Both the position numbers and the translations under genes were made by a program. This document shows positions 18,050 to 27,856 of a stretch of 53,563 nt of DNA, piece by piece (position 1 is the stretch's first letter; each line of letters begins with the position of its first letter). Origin of the DNA: a virus (lineage: Duplodnaviria > Caudoviricetes). The notes under the pieces were generated by a model. That model was not told the origin of the DNA. It ran no database searches and saw only the letters and a list, made by a program, of their open reading frames with translations. Location of the stretch: positions 1-53,563 of the IMG/VR virus record IMGVR_UViG_3300032173_000008. The stretch is one strand, 5' to 3'.

Positions 18050-19868
18050 GGCGCGCCCCAAGCCGCCGCCCGGCCCGGTTCCGCAGGCGGCGATCGACTA
18101 CCTCGAGGCCAAGAAGCTCAAGCCGGGCTTTAGCTACCTGGACGTGTGGCGCGAGGAACATCTCACCGCATTCACTGTCGCCAAGGTGATGGAGAAAGAC
18201 GTCCTGAAAGACGTCAAGGACTCCCTGGCTGCGGCGCTGCGTGAGGGGATGACGTTTCGAGAGTGGGCGAAGGACATTAAGCCGACGCTCGATAAGTCGG
18301 GCTGGAGCAACTACGTCGGAGACAACCAGAAGCCACGCCGACTCGCGACCATCTTCGACGCTAACATGCGGACCGCCCGCGCCGTTGGTCAGTGGGGGCG
18401 AATAACCAGGGCTGAGCGCACCCACCCGTACCTCCAGTACAACCTCGGTCCGAGCAAGGTGCATCGCGAGCAGCACAAGGCGTGGGAAGGACTCATCCTT
18501 CCGGTCACCGATTCGTTCTGGCGCGTCGCCATGCCACCGAATGGCTACGGCTGCCGTTGTCACGTAAGGCAACTCACGCAAGAGGAGGCATTCAGCCTCG
18601 GAGGTCCAAGCCAATCGCCTGACCTCCAGCTCGTCAAATGGGAGAACCCCAAGACCGGCGCCAGCGTCGAAGTCCCGGAGGGCATACAACCGGGTTGGGA
18701 CTTCAATCCTGGGGCCATCTCGCGCGACGATCTCAACAGCCGCATCACCGACAGCGCGTCGGCGCCGACTAAGCCAGAGGAGCAGCACACTCCGGTGGTG
18801 CCTACCGAGCCGCCGGTCCAGCTGCCACTGCCAATCCCTGCCAACATCAAGCTCGGCGCACCGGTGGGCGACGAATACTGGAGTCGACCGACATCGCCGA
18901 CCGGGAAATTCAATCCCAAGCCATTCGGCGATGCGCTCGCACGGACGAAGCTGCGCGGCAACGACAGGCTGAGCAAAGAGGACCAGATCACCATCCGACG
19001 CGAGTTGAACAACCTGCTCGCCGAGGTGGGTATGGTCAGTGCGGATGTTCGCCGCGACCTATCTGGCGCTGGTGCGATGACCTTCGGCAAACTTCCAAAA
19101 GATTGGCGTGGCGTGCACGGATGGGATGGCGCCATCACACTGCACCGGAGTCTCGCGGTGTTGGTCCGCCAAGTCGGTCTTGCGCTGGCGTCAAGAAAGG
19201 CCGGTGAGAGACTGGCAATCGACACGGACCAGATGCAGGCTTTGCGTACGCTGATCCACGAGACGGTACATGGCCACAGTGCAATTCTGCCGGCCGTGTA
19301 CGCACGAGACGCCGGTCGTGTCGTCGAGGAGGCCACGACCGAGGTTGCAGCCCAGCGATTCGTCGAGCAGTTAACGGGAAAGAAGGCCAGGCCGAACGTC
19401 GTTCGCGAGCATGAGAAGGACGCTGACGCAACGGGGACGTACGACGAAGAAGTCACGTTGTTTGTGAACCTGATTGCACCGCGCCTGGTCGAGGCAGATC
19501 CGACGCTGCGTCCAGCGCAGACCACCAACAAGGCAACCCTCACGGCAGAGGCTTACCGCGAGCTCGGTGACGCTGCGGTAGCGATGCGAGCCGTCAACCA
19601 CACGTTCAACTCGTCCGACGACTACCTTGTGCACTTCCTGGCCAATCTGCCGCGCGTCGGCAAGCAGATCCGCGAGGCGCGCGACAAGGCGCTTGCCGAG
19701 TACGATGCTCTGCCACCGGATGCACGCCGGCGCGAATTTGTCGACCGAGAAGACCTCGCTGGCCGTGTCGCGCGCGAGGCTGCAGGCGATCTGTTCAGCA
19801 ACTTCAAGGGCAATATTGTTTTGCTTGAGGCAGACATAAAGAGCCGAAAACGAAGGAGGAGAAGATGA
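18042..19868 (+). CDS. MuF (gp30) minor head protein with C-terminal zinc-metallopeptidase extension
   Basis: AFTVAK, RLATIFDANMRTA and PPNGYGCRC; Pro-rich linker; LIHETVH...EEATTE. Confidence 0.85.
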   Translation: MHRARPKPPPGPVPQAAIDYLEAKKLKPGFSYLDVWREEHLTAFTVAKVMEKDVLKDVKDSLAAALREGMTFREWAKDIKPTLDKSGWSNYVGDNQKPRRLATIFDANMRTARAVGQWGRITRAERTHPYLQYNLGPSKVHREQHKAWEGLILPVTDSFWRVAMPPNGYGCRCHVRQLTQEEAFSLGGPSQSPDLQLVKWENPKTGASVEVPEGIQPGWDFNPGAISRDDLNSRITDSASAPTKPEEQHTPVVPTEPPVQLPLPIPANIKLGAPVGDEYWSRPTSPTGKFNPKPFGDALARTKLRGNDRLSKEDQITIRRELNNLLAEVGMVSADVRRDLSGAGAMTFGKLPKDWRGVHGWDGAITLHRSLAVLVRQVGLALASRKAGERLAIDTDQMQALRTLIHETVHGHSAILPAVYARDAGRVVEEATTEVAAQRFVEQLTGKKARPNVVREHEKDADATGTYDEEVTLFVNLIAPRLVEADPTLRPAQTTNKATLTAEAYRELGDAAVAMRAVNHTFNSSDDYLVHFLANLPRVGKQIREARDKALAEYDALPPDARRREFVDREDLAGRVAREAAGDLFSNFKGNIVLLEADIKSRKRRRRR

Positions 19869-20053
19869 GCGACGCGTTGGGAAAGTTCGAGGACGTCGAT
19901 TGGACGGACCTGAAAGAGATCGCGGCTTACGTGGCGGACGCTAGGCGACTGGACGTGTGGTCCCCAGAACTCTGTGAGCAGGTCACAAAAATGGCCCTAG
20001 CCTACCACCCGCTCGATGCAGTGACGGAGGTGATCGACAAGGAGGGCACATGA
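19865..20053 (+). CDS. Small acidic protein, candidate MuF immunity protein
   Basis: 62 aa, ATGA overlap with MuF, AGGAGG RBS. Confidence 0.5.
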   Translation: MSDALGKFEDVDWTDLKEIAAYVADARRLDVWSPELCEQVTKMALAYHPLDAVTEVIDKEGT

Positions 20054-20259
20054 GGGACTGGAAGGGATTCATCTGCCCGTCACAGGCAGCCGATAGAATG
20101 CACGTGTGCATCAGGACTGTCATAGCAAGGGCACACCAATCACTCGAGCGCCAAGACGGTGAAGAAGTTTGGTTCCCTGGCGTCGTCCAATTGAAATCTC
20201 GTCGGATTCTCATTCCGCTCGAAGATGTCGAGCGCCTGTTGCCCCGCAGGCGACGCTGA
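20050..20259 (+). CDS. Xis/MerR-like HTH DNA-binding protein
   Basis: PSQAADRMHVCIRTV...RRILIPLEDVERLL. Confidence 0.55.
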   Translation: MRDWKGFICPSQAADRMHVCIRTVIARAHQSLERQDGEEVWFPGVVQLKSRRILIPLEDVERLLPRRRR

Positions 20260-20299
20260 CAAAAACTCCATACACCTCCCCACTGACCAAGCCCGGAAA

Positions 20300-20413
20300 C
20301 GCCAAAAATGGCACGTGGTGCCCCACGGCGAGGCCTAAAAATGGCCTCCGCGTAAAAAGCCAAGCAAACCAAGCAAACGGGTAATTCCAAAACCTGCTCA
20401 TTTCGTTCATCAT
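20300..20413 (+). promoter_or_regulatory. Putative late promoter with upstream repeats
   Basis: A-tract-rich gap; AAAAATGGC x2, tandem CCAAGCAAA x2 (20360-20377), TTCCAA-N17-CATCAT. Confidence 0.45.
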
Positions 20414-20422
20414 CCGCGACAC

Positions 20423-21559
20423 ATGCCGACCCCCTTATTCTTGGAGCTTTGCCATGCACCTCCGGCGAAAACCGGAAGGAAGGGGCGGTTGGTCACGTGC
20501 TCACGCACGGGTCGGCCGTCCCTTTCTCTTTGCGAGCTAAAGCTTGGCGACCAGGGGGGGGCACCGGAATGGATCATGCTCCTCCCTGCCGGCGCCGACA
20601 TCAAAGCGCTCGACGGCCGAGTCTTTAAGAACACAAATCCGCAGGCCGTCGTCGACAAATTCCGCACGGAAGGACTCGACATTCCTATCGACATCAACCA
20701 CGCCGAGGAAAAGAAGGCGCCGAAGGGCGAGCCAGCCCCGGCAGTTGGTTGGATCAAGGACATGGAGGTCCGCGAAGGCGCCATCTGGGCGCGTGTCGAG
20801 TGGACTGATACGGGGGCCAAGATGGTGGCGTCGAAGGACTATCGCTACCTGAGCCCGTCGTTTTGGAACGACAAGAAATCTGGCGTCGTGACGGATATTT
20901 CCTCCGCGGCGCTCGTCAACAAGCCTGCCCTGGTCATGCCATCGCTGGCACACAGCCAGTTGGACTCTGAAATCAACGAAAGGACGTCCACCATGGACCC
21001 CAAGCTGTTAGCCCTTCTCGGCCTCGCTGCCGACGCCACCCCGGAACAGATTTTCGCCGCCGTACAGGCGATGAAAGACGGCGCCGCGAAGTCGTCCAAG
21101 GAGCTCGACGCAGCCAGGGGCGAGGTGGCCGCGACCCGCTCGCAGCAGCCGTCGCTCGAGAAGTTCGTCCCGCGCGCTGACTTTGAGAAGGTCGTCGCCC
21201 GCGCCGAGACGGCAGAGAGGCTTGTTGCCGACGAGAAGGCGTCGCAGTTCAAGAAAGAGGCGGACGCCGAGATCGACGCGGCACTCAAGGCTGGCAAGAT
21301 CGCCCCGATCAGCAAGGACTTCTACGTCGCAACGTGCGCGACAGAAGCTGGCCTCAAGCTGTTTCGTGACTTCGTCAAGGCGGCCCCCGTCGTCGCCCCG
21401 GATTCCGGCCTCGATGGCAAGCCGACGCCGATCCCGGCTGGCGGTGTGTCACCGACCGACGAGCAGCTCTCTTCGCTCAGGGCTGGTGGCTGCGCCATCA
21501 GCGCCGAGGACCTCAAGAAGCAATTGACCGAGATGGCAGCCGAAAGGCCGGCCGCGTAA
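20423..21559 (+). CDS. Mu gpI-like prohead protease/scaffold
   Basis: IPIDINH, PAVGWI, VEWT, YRYLSPSF and ALVNKPAL; internal Met for scaffold. Confidence 0.9.
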   Translation: MPTPLFLELCHAPPAKTGRKGRLVTCSRTGRPSLSLCELKLGDQGGAPEWIMLLPAGADIKALDGRVFKNTNPQAVVDKFRTEGLDIPIDINHAEEKKAPKGEPAPAVGWIKDMEVREGAIWARVEWTDTGAKMVASKDYRYLSPSFWNDKKSGVVTDISSAALVNKPALVMPSLAHSQLDSEINERTSTMDPKLLALLGLAADATPEQIFAAVQAMKDGAAKSSKELDAARGEVAATRSQQPSLEKFVPRADFEKVVARAETAERLVADEKASQFKKEADAEIDAALKAGKIAPISKDFYVATCATEAGLKLFRDFVKAAPVVAPDSGLDGKPTPIPAGGVSPTDEQLSSLRAGGCAISAEDLKKQLTEMAAERPAA

Positions 21560-21606
21560 CCAGGAGACGACGCGCGTAGAGAGATACGCCGCGACAGGAG
21601 ATCACG

Positions 21607-22620
21607 ATGGCACTCGCAGCAGACAAACAAGTCCCCTTCATGGCCGGTGAGGTATTTAGCTATCCGGTCGCGGCAACTACGCACATCTACGCCGGGTCCA
21701 TGGTTGTGCTCGACAGCGCAGGCAACGCCGAGCCCGCGACTCTGGCGACCGGCAAGATGTCAGTCGGTATCGCGCAAGAGGAAGTGAACAACACCGGCGC
21801 GGCCGCGGCGAAGCACGTCACTGTCAGGGTTGGCGTGCAGAAGGTCGCCAAGAACGGCGCCATGACCAAGACGTCGATCGGCGACATCGTCTACCTGTAT
21901 GACGACGAAAAGGTCCAGACGAGCGCGACGAGCGCAAGCGCTGCCGGCCGTCTTGTCCAGGTCGACGCCGATGGCGGCATGTGGGTCGACTTCTTTTCTC
22001 CCTCGAACACCGTCGGCACCGCACTGCTCGCGGCCAGCAATCTGGCAGACGTGACGAGTGCTGCCGCCGCGCGATCGAGCCTCGGGCTCGACACCGGCGA
22101 CTCGCCCACCTTCACGGGCGTCACGGCCACCGGTGCGATCAAGGGGGCGACCTTGGAATCGACCGGCTTGGCGACGCTGAACAGCGCAAGTGTGACGACC
22201 ACCTTGGCAGTCACGCAGACCGGAAAGTTCACGGGCGCTCTTTCGGGTCCTGCCTATGAGTCGATCGGCGCGATCGATGTCGCCGTCGGCACCGCGCCGA
22301 ACGTCGGCGGCGGAACCTACCAAATCAGCGCGGACGGCAAAGCTGCTACGTTGCCCGCCATCGCGGCGGGCAACAAGGGCATGAGGGTGACCGTGCAGAA
22401 CATTGGCACTGCGACGGCGACCGAGGTCACTGTCAAGGTGACTGGCTCGGACAAGCTCATTGGCTCCGTCGCAGCTGTGACGCTTACCGGCTCAGCCGGT
22501 AAGGGCGCGGTCAACACCAAGGCGACCTCGACCAAGGGCGCCTACCTCACCGTGCAGTCTGATGGCACGGACACCTGGTGGGTCGTCGGCGGTGTCGGCG
22601 TTTGGGCGGCGGAGTCATAA
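21607..22620 (+). CDS. Capsid decoration-like protein with fibre-like C-terminal extension
   Basis: N-terminal YPVAATTHIYAGSMV domain between protease and capsid; NLADVTSAAAARSSLGL then a G/T/A-rich tail. Confidence 0.6.
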   Translation: MALAADKQVPFMAGEVFSYPVAATTHIYAGSMVVLDSAGNAEPATLATGKMSVGIAQEEVNNTGAAAAKHVTVRVGVQKVAKNGAMTKTSIGDIVYLYDDEKVQTSATSASAAGRLVQVDADGGMWVDFFSPSNTVGTALLAASNLADVTSAAAARSSLGLDTGDSPTFTGVTATGAIKGATLESTGLATLNSASVTTTLAVTQTGKFTGALSGPAYESIGAIDVAVGTAPNVGGGTYQISADGKAATLPAIAAGNKGMRVTVQNIGTATATEVTVKVTGSDKLIGSVAAVTLTGSAGKGAVNTKATSTKGAYLTVQSDGTDTWWVVGGVGVWAAES

Positions 22621-22696
22621 TCGAGGAGTTTACCGGCGGTCCGCGTTGACCGCTTGAAAGCGAAAGTTGACGCGGCGCAGCCGCAGGAGAACGAAG

Positions 22697-23578
22697 ATGA
22701 TTATCAATTCCGCAAATCTGGCAGCCGTCGCCGCGAACTACCGCAAGGAATTCCAGAACGGTTTCGCGATGGCCAAGCCGCAATGGCAGGACATCGCGTC
22801 TTTGGTGACCGGCAACGGGAAGTCGTTCGTTTACCCGTTCCTCGACAACTTCCCCGCGCTGCGCAAGTGGCTCGGAGACCGCGTCGTCAAGGCCTTGAAG
22901 GCCAACTCGTATACCATCGTGAACGATCCCTTCGAGGCATCGGTCGAAGTCCCCGAGCAGGACATCATCGCGGACAGCTTCGGCGTGTTCAACACCAGCC
23001 TCCAGAGCATGGGCCAGGCATCAGCGATCCACCCGGATCAGCTGGTGATGGCAATCGCCGCGGCCGGTCACAGCACGCTGTGCTACGACGGCCAGTATTT
23101 CCTGGACACCGACCACCCGATGGCTGGTTCGACGAAGTCGAACTACGACGCCACCGGTGGCGGCGCTCTCTGGATTCTGCTCGATTGCTCGCGCCCCCTT
23201 AAGCCGCTCATCTTCCAGAAGCAGCGCGACTATCGGTTCACCTACGTCACCAATCCGCAGTCGGACAGCGTGTACCGCACGGGCAAGTACTCCTACGGCG
23301 TGGACGCGATGCTGGGTGCCGGTCCAGGTTTGTGGCAGCTGGCCTACGGCTCGCTGAACAGCCTGAATTCGACCAACTTCGACGCCGCGGTCACCGCGAT
23401 GATGACCTTCACCGACGACGAGAGCAAACCGCTCGGCGTGCGCCCGACGCACATTTTGTGCGGTCCGAGCAACCGGGCAGCCGCACGGTCGTTGATCAAG
23501 ACTCAAATCCTGGCCAACGGCGCAAGCAACCCGAACTTTGACGAAGTCCAAATCATCGTCAGCCCCTATCTCACCTGA
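22697..23578 (+). CDS. Mu gpT-like major capsid protein
   Basis: FPALRKWLGDR, CYDGQYFLDTDHP, KPLIFQ and GLWQLAYGS. Confidence 0.92.
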   Translation: MIINSANLAAVAANYRKEFQNGFAMAKPQWQDIASLVTGNGKSFVYPFLDNFPALRKWLGDRVVKALKANSYTIVNDPFEASVEVPEQDIIADSFGVFNTSLQSMGQASAIHPDQLVMAIAAAGHSTLCYDGQYFLDTDHPMAGSTKSNYDATGGGALWILLDCSRPLKPLIFQKQRDYRFTYVTNPQSDSVYRTGKYSYGVDAMLGAGPGLWQLAYGSLNSLNSTNFDAAVTAMMTFTDDESKPLGVRPTHILCGPSNRAAARSLIKTQILANGASNPNFDEVQIIVSPYLT

Positions 23579-23607
23579 TCCGAAGGGACAGGTAGCAGGA
23601 GAAGGCC

Positions 23608-23970
23608 ATGTCAAAGAAATCGTATCCGGGGAAGGCTCAAACGCAGGACGAGTCGCCAGATGACTCTGGCGAGCCAACGCAGGAGGTCGAGACCTCTCCC
23701 GAGCTGCTCGCCGCTTCGCAGCCAACGCAGGAGGTCGAGGCCCAGGCGGTTGTCGACGAAGCGCCAGTTGTTGTGGTGGAGCCAGCAAAGCCGGTCGAGA
23801 AGGCTCACTTGTTCTTGCGGGTTGCCAGCAAGAGCCAGGGGGGCTTCTGGAGATGCAAGCGCCACTTCACGACGAAGCCGGAAGAAATCCCACTAGAGGA
23901 TTTGACCAAGGCGGAACTCGAAGAACTTGAGCATGAGCCCGCGCTCAATGTGGCGCTGATCGAAAAGTGA
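23608..23970 (+). CDS. HI1506/Mu gp35-like protein
   Basis: GFWRCKRHF...LEHEPALNV; position after capsid. Confidence 0.65.
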   Translation: MSKKSYPGKAQTQDESPDDSGEPTQEVETSPELLAASQPTQEVEAQAVVDEAPVVVVEPAKPVEKAHLFLRVASKSQGGFWRCKRHFTTKPEEIPLEDLTKAELEELEHEPALNVALIEK

Positions 23971-23980
23971 GGAGGCCCGT

Positions 23981-24418
23981 GTGTTGTACGCTACGCAAGC
24001 AGACCTTGAGAGCCAATTCGGCGCTCAAGAGGTTGCGATAGCCGCAGACCGGGACCGCACTGGATCGACCGACGCTGATTCCATAGCCGCCTCTGTCCTC
24101 AAATCCCTCACCGACGCGTCCGAGGAAATCGACAGCTACCTAGCGACCCGCTACGAGCTGCCGCTCGCAACTGCTCCCGGCGTCCTCACACGCGTGTGTG
24201 GCGACATCGCGATGTACCGCATGTCTTCCGACCGCGGGGCACTCACCGATGAGAAGCGCACGCGCTACGAGGACGCCGTGAAGTGGTTGACCGCGCTGTC
24301 TGCCGGGAAAGCGACGCTCGGGCTGCAGGATGCCACCGACCAGGTCGCCGACTTGCCCCAGGCGTCATCTGACAACCCAGCGCGTATTTTCACGCGCAGC
24401 AAGATGGGGCTGCTCTAA
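23981..24418 (+). CDS. Mu gp36-like head-tail adaptor (DUF1320)
   Basis: YATQADL, IDSYLATRYELPL and RYEDAVKWL. Confidence 0.9.
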   Translation: MLYATQADLESQFGAQEVAIAADRDRTGSTDADSIAASVLKSLTDASEEIDSYLATRYELPLATAPGVLTRVCGDIAMYRMSSDRGALTDEKRTRYEDAVKWLTALSAGKATLGLQDATDQVADLPQASSDNPARIFTRSKMGLL

Positions 24419-24906
24419 TGGCCGGCGCCGAGCTCACGTTTGACCTGCGTGCTCTCGATGGCGTCGAGGAGCGGCTAAGGCGCCTGACGACGAAGGACCT
24501 CGTCGACCTGTTTGAAGGCATCGGCGCCGAGGTTGAATCGCAGACACGCCGGCGTATCCAGGAAGAAAAGACCGGGCCAGACGGACAGCCGTGGGCGGAG
24601 TGGAGCGAGGCGTACGCTGGAAGTCATCACGGCCGTGTCAAGAGCCACGAGCCGCATCCGGACGAACTCAAGTCGTCGCAGGGCCACACCATCCTCGAGC
24701 TGAGCGGCGATCTGCTCGACTCCATCATGCACGAGACACACCTGGACCGGTCGGTCATCGGGTCAAACATGGTGTACGCCGCCGCGCAGCAATACGGCCG
24801 GCCGGAGATCAATCTGGTCGCACGTCCATACCTGGGCCTGAGCCGCAAGAACCAGGACGACATCGAGCACTTGGTCGTCAACTTTCTCGAAGGGGCACTA
24901 CAGTGA
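24418..24906 (+). CDS. Virion morphogenesis protein (Mu gpG-like)
   Basis: GPDGQPW, GSNMVYAAAQQYG and ARPYLGLS. Confidence 0.85.
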   Translation: MAGAELTFDLRALDGVEERLRRLTTKDLVDLFEGIGAEVESQTRRRIQEEKTGPDGQPWAEWSEAYAGSHHGRVKSHEPHPDELKSSQGHTILELSGDLLDSIMHETHLDRSVIGSNMVYAAAQQYGRPEINLVARPYLGLSRKNQDDIEHLVVNFLEGALQ

Positions 24907-25445
24907 GCCTCATCACGGTCAGGGCAGAGATAGCCAAGGCGCTGCGCAAGTCGCTCGTTGGCACCGACGTGCTCGAGCACGGTGGGACCTTCGACCTGGG
25001 CGAGCTCAAGCGCGTCGCCACCCGCATGCCGGCCGTAGTCATCGTGTGCCTCGGAGTAACCGACTTCGAGCGTCAGGCCGGTGCGGTGATAGCAAATAGC
25101 ATCTTTGCCGCCTTCGTCGTCGCCGCCAACACTCTCAAGGCACAGCGTGACGTTGCCGCACTGGCTCTCGTCGAGGAAATTGCGGTCGAGCTGCCGTTCC
25201 AAACGTGGGACCACAAGGCGGCCAAGGCTCCCACCGGAGTAGTCGCTACCAACATGTACTCGGCGGCACTCGACAAAGAGGGCGTGACGATCTGGGCGAT
25301 TCGCTGGAATCAGCAGGTCCAGCTCGAGCACCGTACCCCCGCCGAATACGACGCACTACTGAGCGTTTACACCACGATGACGGCGGCGGACGACGCGGAC
25401 AACACCCTTGCCGAAGGAAAAGTGACGCTGGCCGGACCGGCGTAG
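24903..25445 (+). CDS. Mu gp37-like tail terminator
   Basis: HGGTFDLGELKR, NMYS...IWAIRWNQ; synteny. Confidence 0.7.
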   Translation: MSLITVRAEIAKALRKSLVGTDVLEHGGTFDLGELKRVATRMPAVVIVCLGVTDFERQAGAVIANSIFAAFVVAANTLKAQRDVAALALVEEIAVELPFQTWDHKAAKAPTGVVATNMYSAALDKEGVTIWAIRWNQQVQLEHRTPAEYDALLSVYTTMTAADDADNTLAEGKVTLAGPA

Positions 25446-25454
25446 GAGACCACC

Positions 25455-25688
25455 ATGCAACAAGCCATGTTCACCCCGTCGCTAGGCGCTCTCGTGCGCG
25501 ACCCTCTCACCCTCAAACAGGTGGATGCCGTGGGCGAATTGAAGCCGATGACCAGCTACTGGCTGCGCCGCGTGCACGACGGTAGCGGCACTTTCAGCGC
25601 CGTTGCGCCCAAAGCCGAGGCCGCTCCCGCTCCGGAGGCGCAGCTCGAATCCAAGCGCTCACGCAAGAACGAGGCCGACAAGCAATAA
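25455..25688 (+). CDS. Mu gp38-like protein (DUF2635)
   Basis: VRDP...YWLRRVHDG. Confidence 0.8.
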   Translation: MQQAMFTPSLGALVRDPLTLKQVDAVGELKPMTSYWLRRVHDGSGTFSAVAPKAEAAPAPEAQLESKRSRKNEADKQ

Positions 25689-25712
25689 CGCCCGGACGGG
25701 CAGGAGAACCCC

Positions 25713-27182
25713 ATGATCACGTTTGCAGGCATCCCTATCACCCTCCGCACGCCGGGCCAGTTCATCGAGATGGACAACTCGCGAGCGGTCCAAGGCACTT
25801 CGGCTCGTCCGAAGGTCGCATGCATCATCGCGCCGATGACGTCCGTAGGCACAGCGACCAAGGACATCCCGGTTCGCATCGTCTCGAACGCGGCCGCGCG
25901 CACGTTGCTGGGCGTGAATTCGATCGGTGCCGCCATGGTCGCCGCATACCGTGCCATCAATCCGCAGACCGAGTTATGGGCGATCCCGGTTGACACGTTC
26001 ACGTCCGGAACTGCCAGGGTGGAACGAATCACGTTCGTCGGTACCACGACCGCGGCCGGCACGGTCCATCTGTACATTGGCGGTCGGTACATCCCGGTTG
26101 CCATCGCGGCCAGCTCCGACGTGACCGCTACCGCCCTAGCTTGCAAAAATGCCATTAACGCGGTTACGGACATCAGTTGGACGGCAGACAGCTCGTCCGG
26201 CGTCTTGTCGATGACGTGCACGCATAAGGGCGCGTTCACCAACGTAGCCGACTTCCGACTCAACTACGTCTACGGGCAGACACTTCCGGCCGGCATCAGC
26301 TCCGCGACGATAGCTCAGACGACGCCCGGCGCGACTGACGCGAGCATCGCCAACGCCGTCGCCGCCATGGGCGACGTCCAGTACGACTCCGTCGTCAACC
26401 CGTTCCGTGACGACACCAACCAGGACATCCTCGAGACCGAGCTGCTGCGCCGCTGGGGCCCGTTGGTCCAGAAGTACGGCCAGTCGTTCGTCGGCGTATC
26501 AGATACGTTGGCCAACACCAGCAGCTACGGCAACGCGCGCAACTCGTTCCTGTGCTGTGCCCTGGCTGTCGGCGCATCACCCACTCCGGAGTGGGAGTGT
26601 GCGGCGATGGTCGCGGCCCTGCGTGACGCGCAGACGCGCGCCAACATCCCTTACCAGGGTCTTGCCCTTACCGGCATGCTGGCGCCGGCGGCCGAGGACC
26701 GTTTCGACGGCAGCGAGCGCAACGTCGTGCTCTACGACGGCATGAGCACCTACACCGTCGACAGCGGCGGCGTGTGCCGACTCGAGCGCCTGATCACGAC
26801 CTACCAGACAAGTGCAGGCGTAGCCGATCCGTCGTATCTCGACCTCACGACGCCGGACACGCTCGATTACCTGCGCTACTCGGTCAACCAGCTCATCGCG
26901 CTGCGCTTCCCGCGGTTCAACCTGGCGGATGACGGCACCATCGTCGAGCCCGGCTCGAACGTGGTGACCCCGAACATGATCAAGTCGCAGATCTTGGCGC
27001 TCGCGCTCTCCGAGTGGGAGGGCATCTATTGCCAGGGCTTTGACCAATTCAAGACCGAGCTGATTGTCGAGCGCAATGTGAGCGACCCGAACCGTGTCGA
27101 CATGCAGATGGGCCCGAATCTGCTCGGCGCGTTCATGGTCTTCGCGGGGCAGATCCAATTCTTACTTGGGACGGCCGCGTAA
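25713..27182 (+). CDS. Tail sheath protein (Mu gpL-like)
   Basis: LRTPGQFIEMDNSRA, ERLITTYQ and VERNVSDPNRVD. Confidence 0.92.
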   Translation: MITFAGIPITLRTPGQFIEMDNSRAVQGTSARPKVACIIAPMTSVGTATKDIPVRIVSNAAARTLLGVNSIGAAMVAAYRAINPQTELWAIPVDTFTSGTARVERITFVGTTTAAGTVHLYIGGRYIPVAIAASSDVTATALACKNAINAVTDISWTADSSSGVLSMTCTHKGAFTNVADFRLNYVYGQTLPAGISSATIAQTTPGATDASIANAVAAMGDVQYDSVVNPFRDDTNQDILETELLRRWGPLVQKYGQSFVGVSDTLANTSSYGNARNSFLCCALAVGASPTPEWECAAMVAALRDAQTRANIPYQGLALTGMLAPAAEDRFDGSERNVVLYDGMSTYTVDSGGVCRLERLITTYQTSAGVADPSYLDLTTPDTLDYLRYSVNQLIALRFPRFNLADDGTIVEPGSNVVTPNMIKSQILALALSEWEGIYCQGFDQFKTELIVERNVSDPNRVDMQMGPNLLGAFMVFAGQIQFLLGTAA

Positions 27183-27202
27183 GCGGTTGAGAGGAGACTC
27201 AA

Positions 27203-27550
27203 ATGCAGGTCACGGGAATTGCCTACGTCAGTGTCAACGGCGCCATGCTGCGGTCGAAAGAGGGAGCCAAGCTCAAGGTCGGCGGCATGGAGCGCGTTGC
27301 GGTTGTCTCCAATGGCAAGGTCATCGGCTACACCGAGAAGGCCGTGCCGGCCGAGATCGACTGCACCGTGGCGCACACGGCCGACACCGACCTCCTCGCC
27401 ATGTCCAAATTCAAGGACGCGACGGTCACCTTCGAGACTGACACCGGGAAAACCTACACCATTCCCAAAGCCTTCACGACCGAGCCGTGCGAGCTGTCGG
27501 GAGGGAGCGGCGACGTTTCGCTGAAGATGCAGGGTCAGGCCGCGATCTGA
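27203..27550 (+). CDS. Tail tube protein
   Basis: Size and synteny; TVTFETDTGKTY. Confidence 0.85.
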   Translation: MQVTGIAYVSVNGAMLRSKEGAKLKVGGMERVAVVSNGKVIGYTEKAVPAEIDCTVAHTADTDLLAMSKFKDATVTFETDTGKTYTIPKAFTTEPCELSGGSGDVSLKMQGQAAI

Positions 27551-27577
27551 ACCGAGTGAGGACGAGAGGAAAACATC

Positions 27578-27856
27578 ATGGCAGAGGTAACGTACAACGC
27601 CGACGGCACGGTGCTGGTTGAGTTGGTGCATCCAATCAGCCCGAAAGGCCAACCACAGATCAGCTCGGTCACCCTTCGACGTCTCACCGCCGGCGACCTC
27701 ATCGAAACCGACATGGCCACGAGTGGCCCCCGCAAGTTACAGGCGCTACTCGTCCGAATAGCGCAACTCCCGCCCTCGACTGTCGCAATGATCGATGCCG
27801 AAGACTTCGACCGCATCGACCAGGAGGTCGCCAAGCTCCTGGGAAAATCGAAGTAG
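27578..27856 (+). CDS. Tail assembly chaperone
   Basis: LRRLTAGDL...IDAEDF; position. Confidence 0.8.
   Translation: MAEVTYNADGTVLVELVHPISPKGQPQISSVTLRRLTAGDLIETDMATSGPRKLQALLVRIAQLPPSTVAMIDAEDFDRIDQEVAKLLGKSK

Noticed and set aside
17118-18788. 556-aa antisense ORF (also 10255-11364, 18560-19543, 39957-40934)
   Set aside because: Shadow ORFs opposite well-supported genes in high-GC DNA; no motifs.
19845-19868. Poly-Arg C-termini as nuclear localisation signals (also at 38865)
   Set aside because: Largely explained by the AGGAGG RBS of the next gene overlapping the ORF end.
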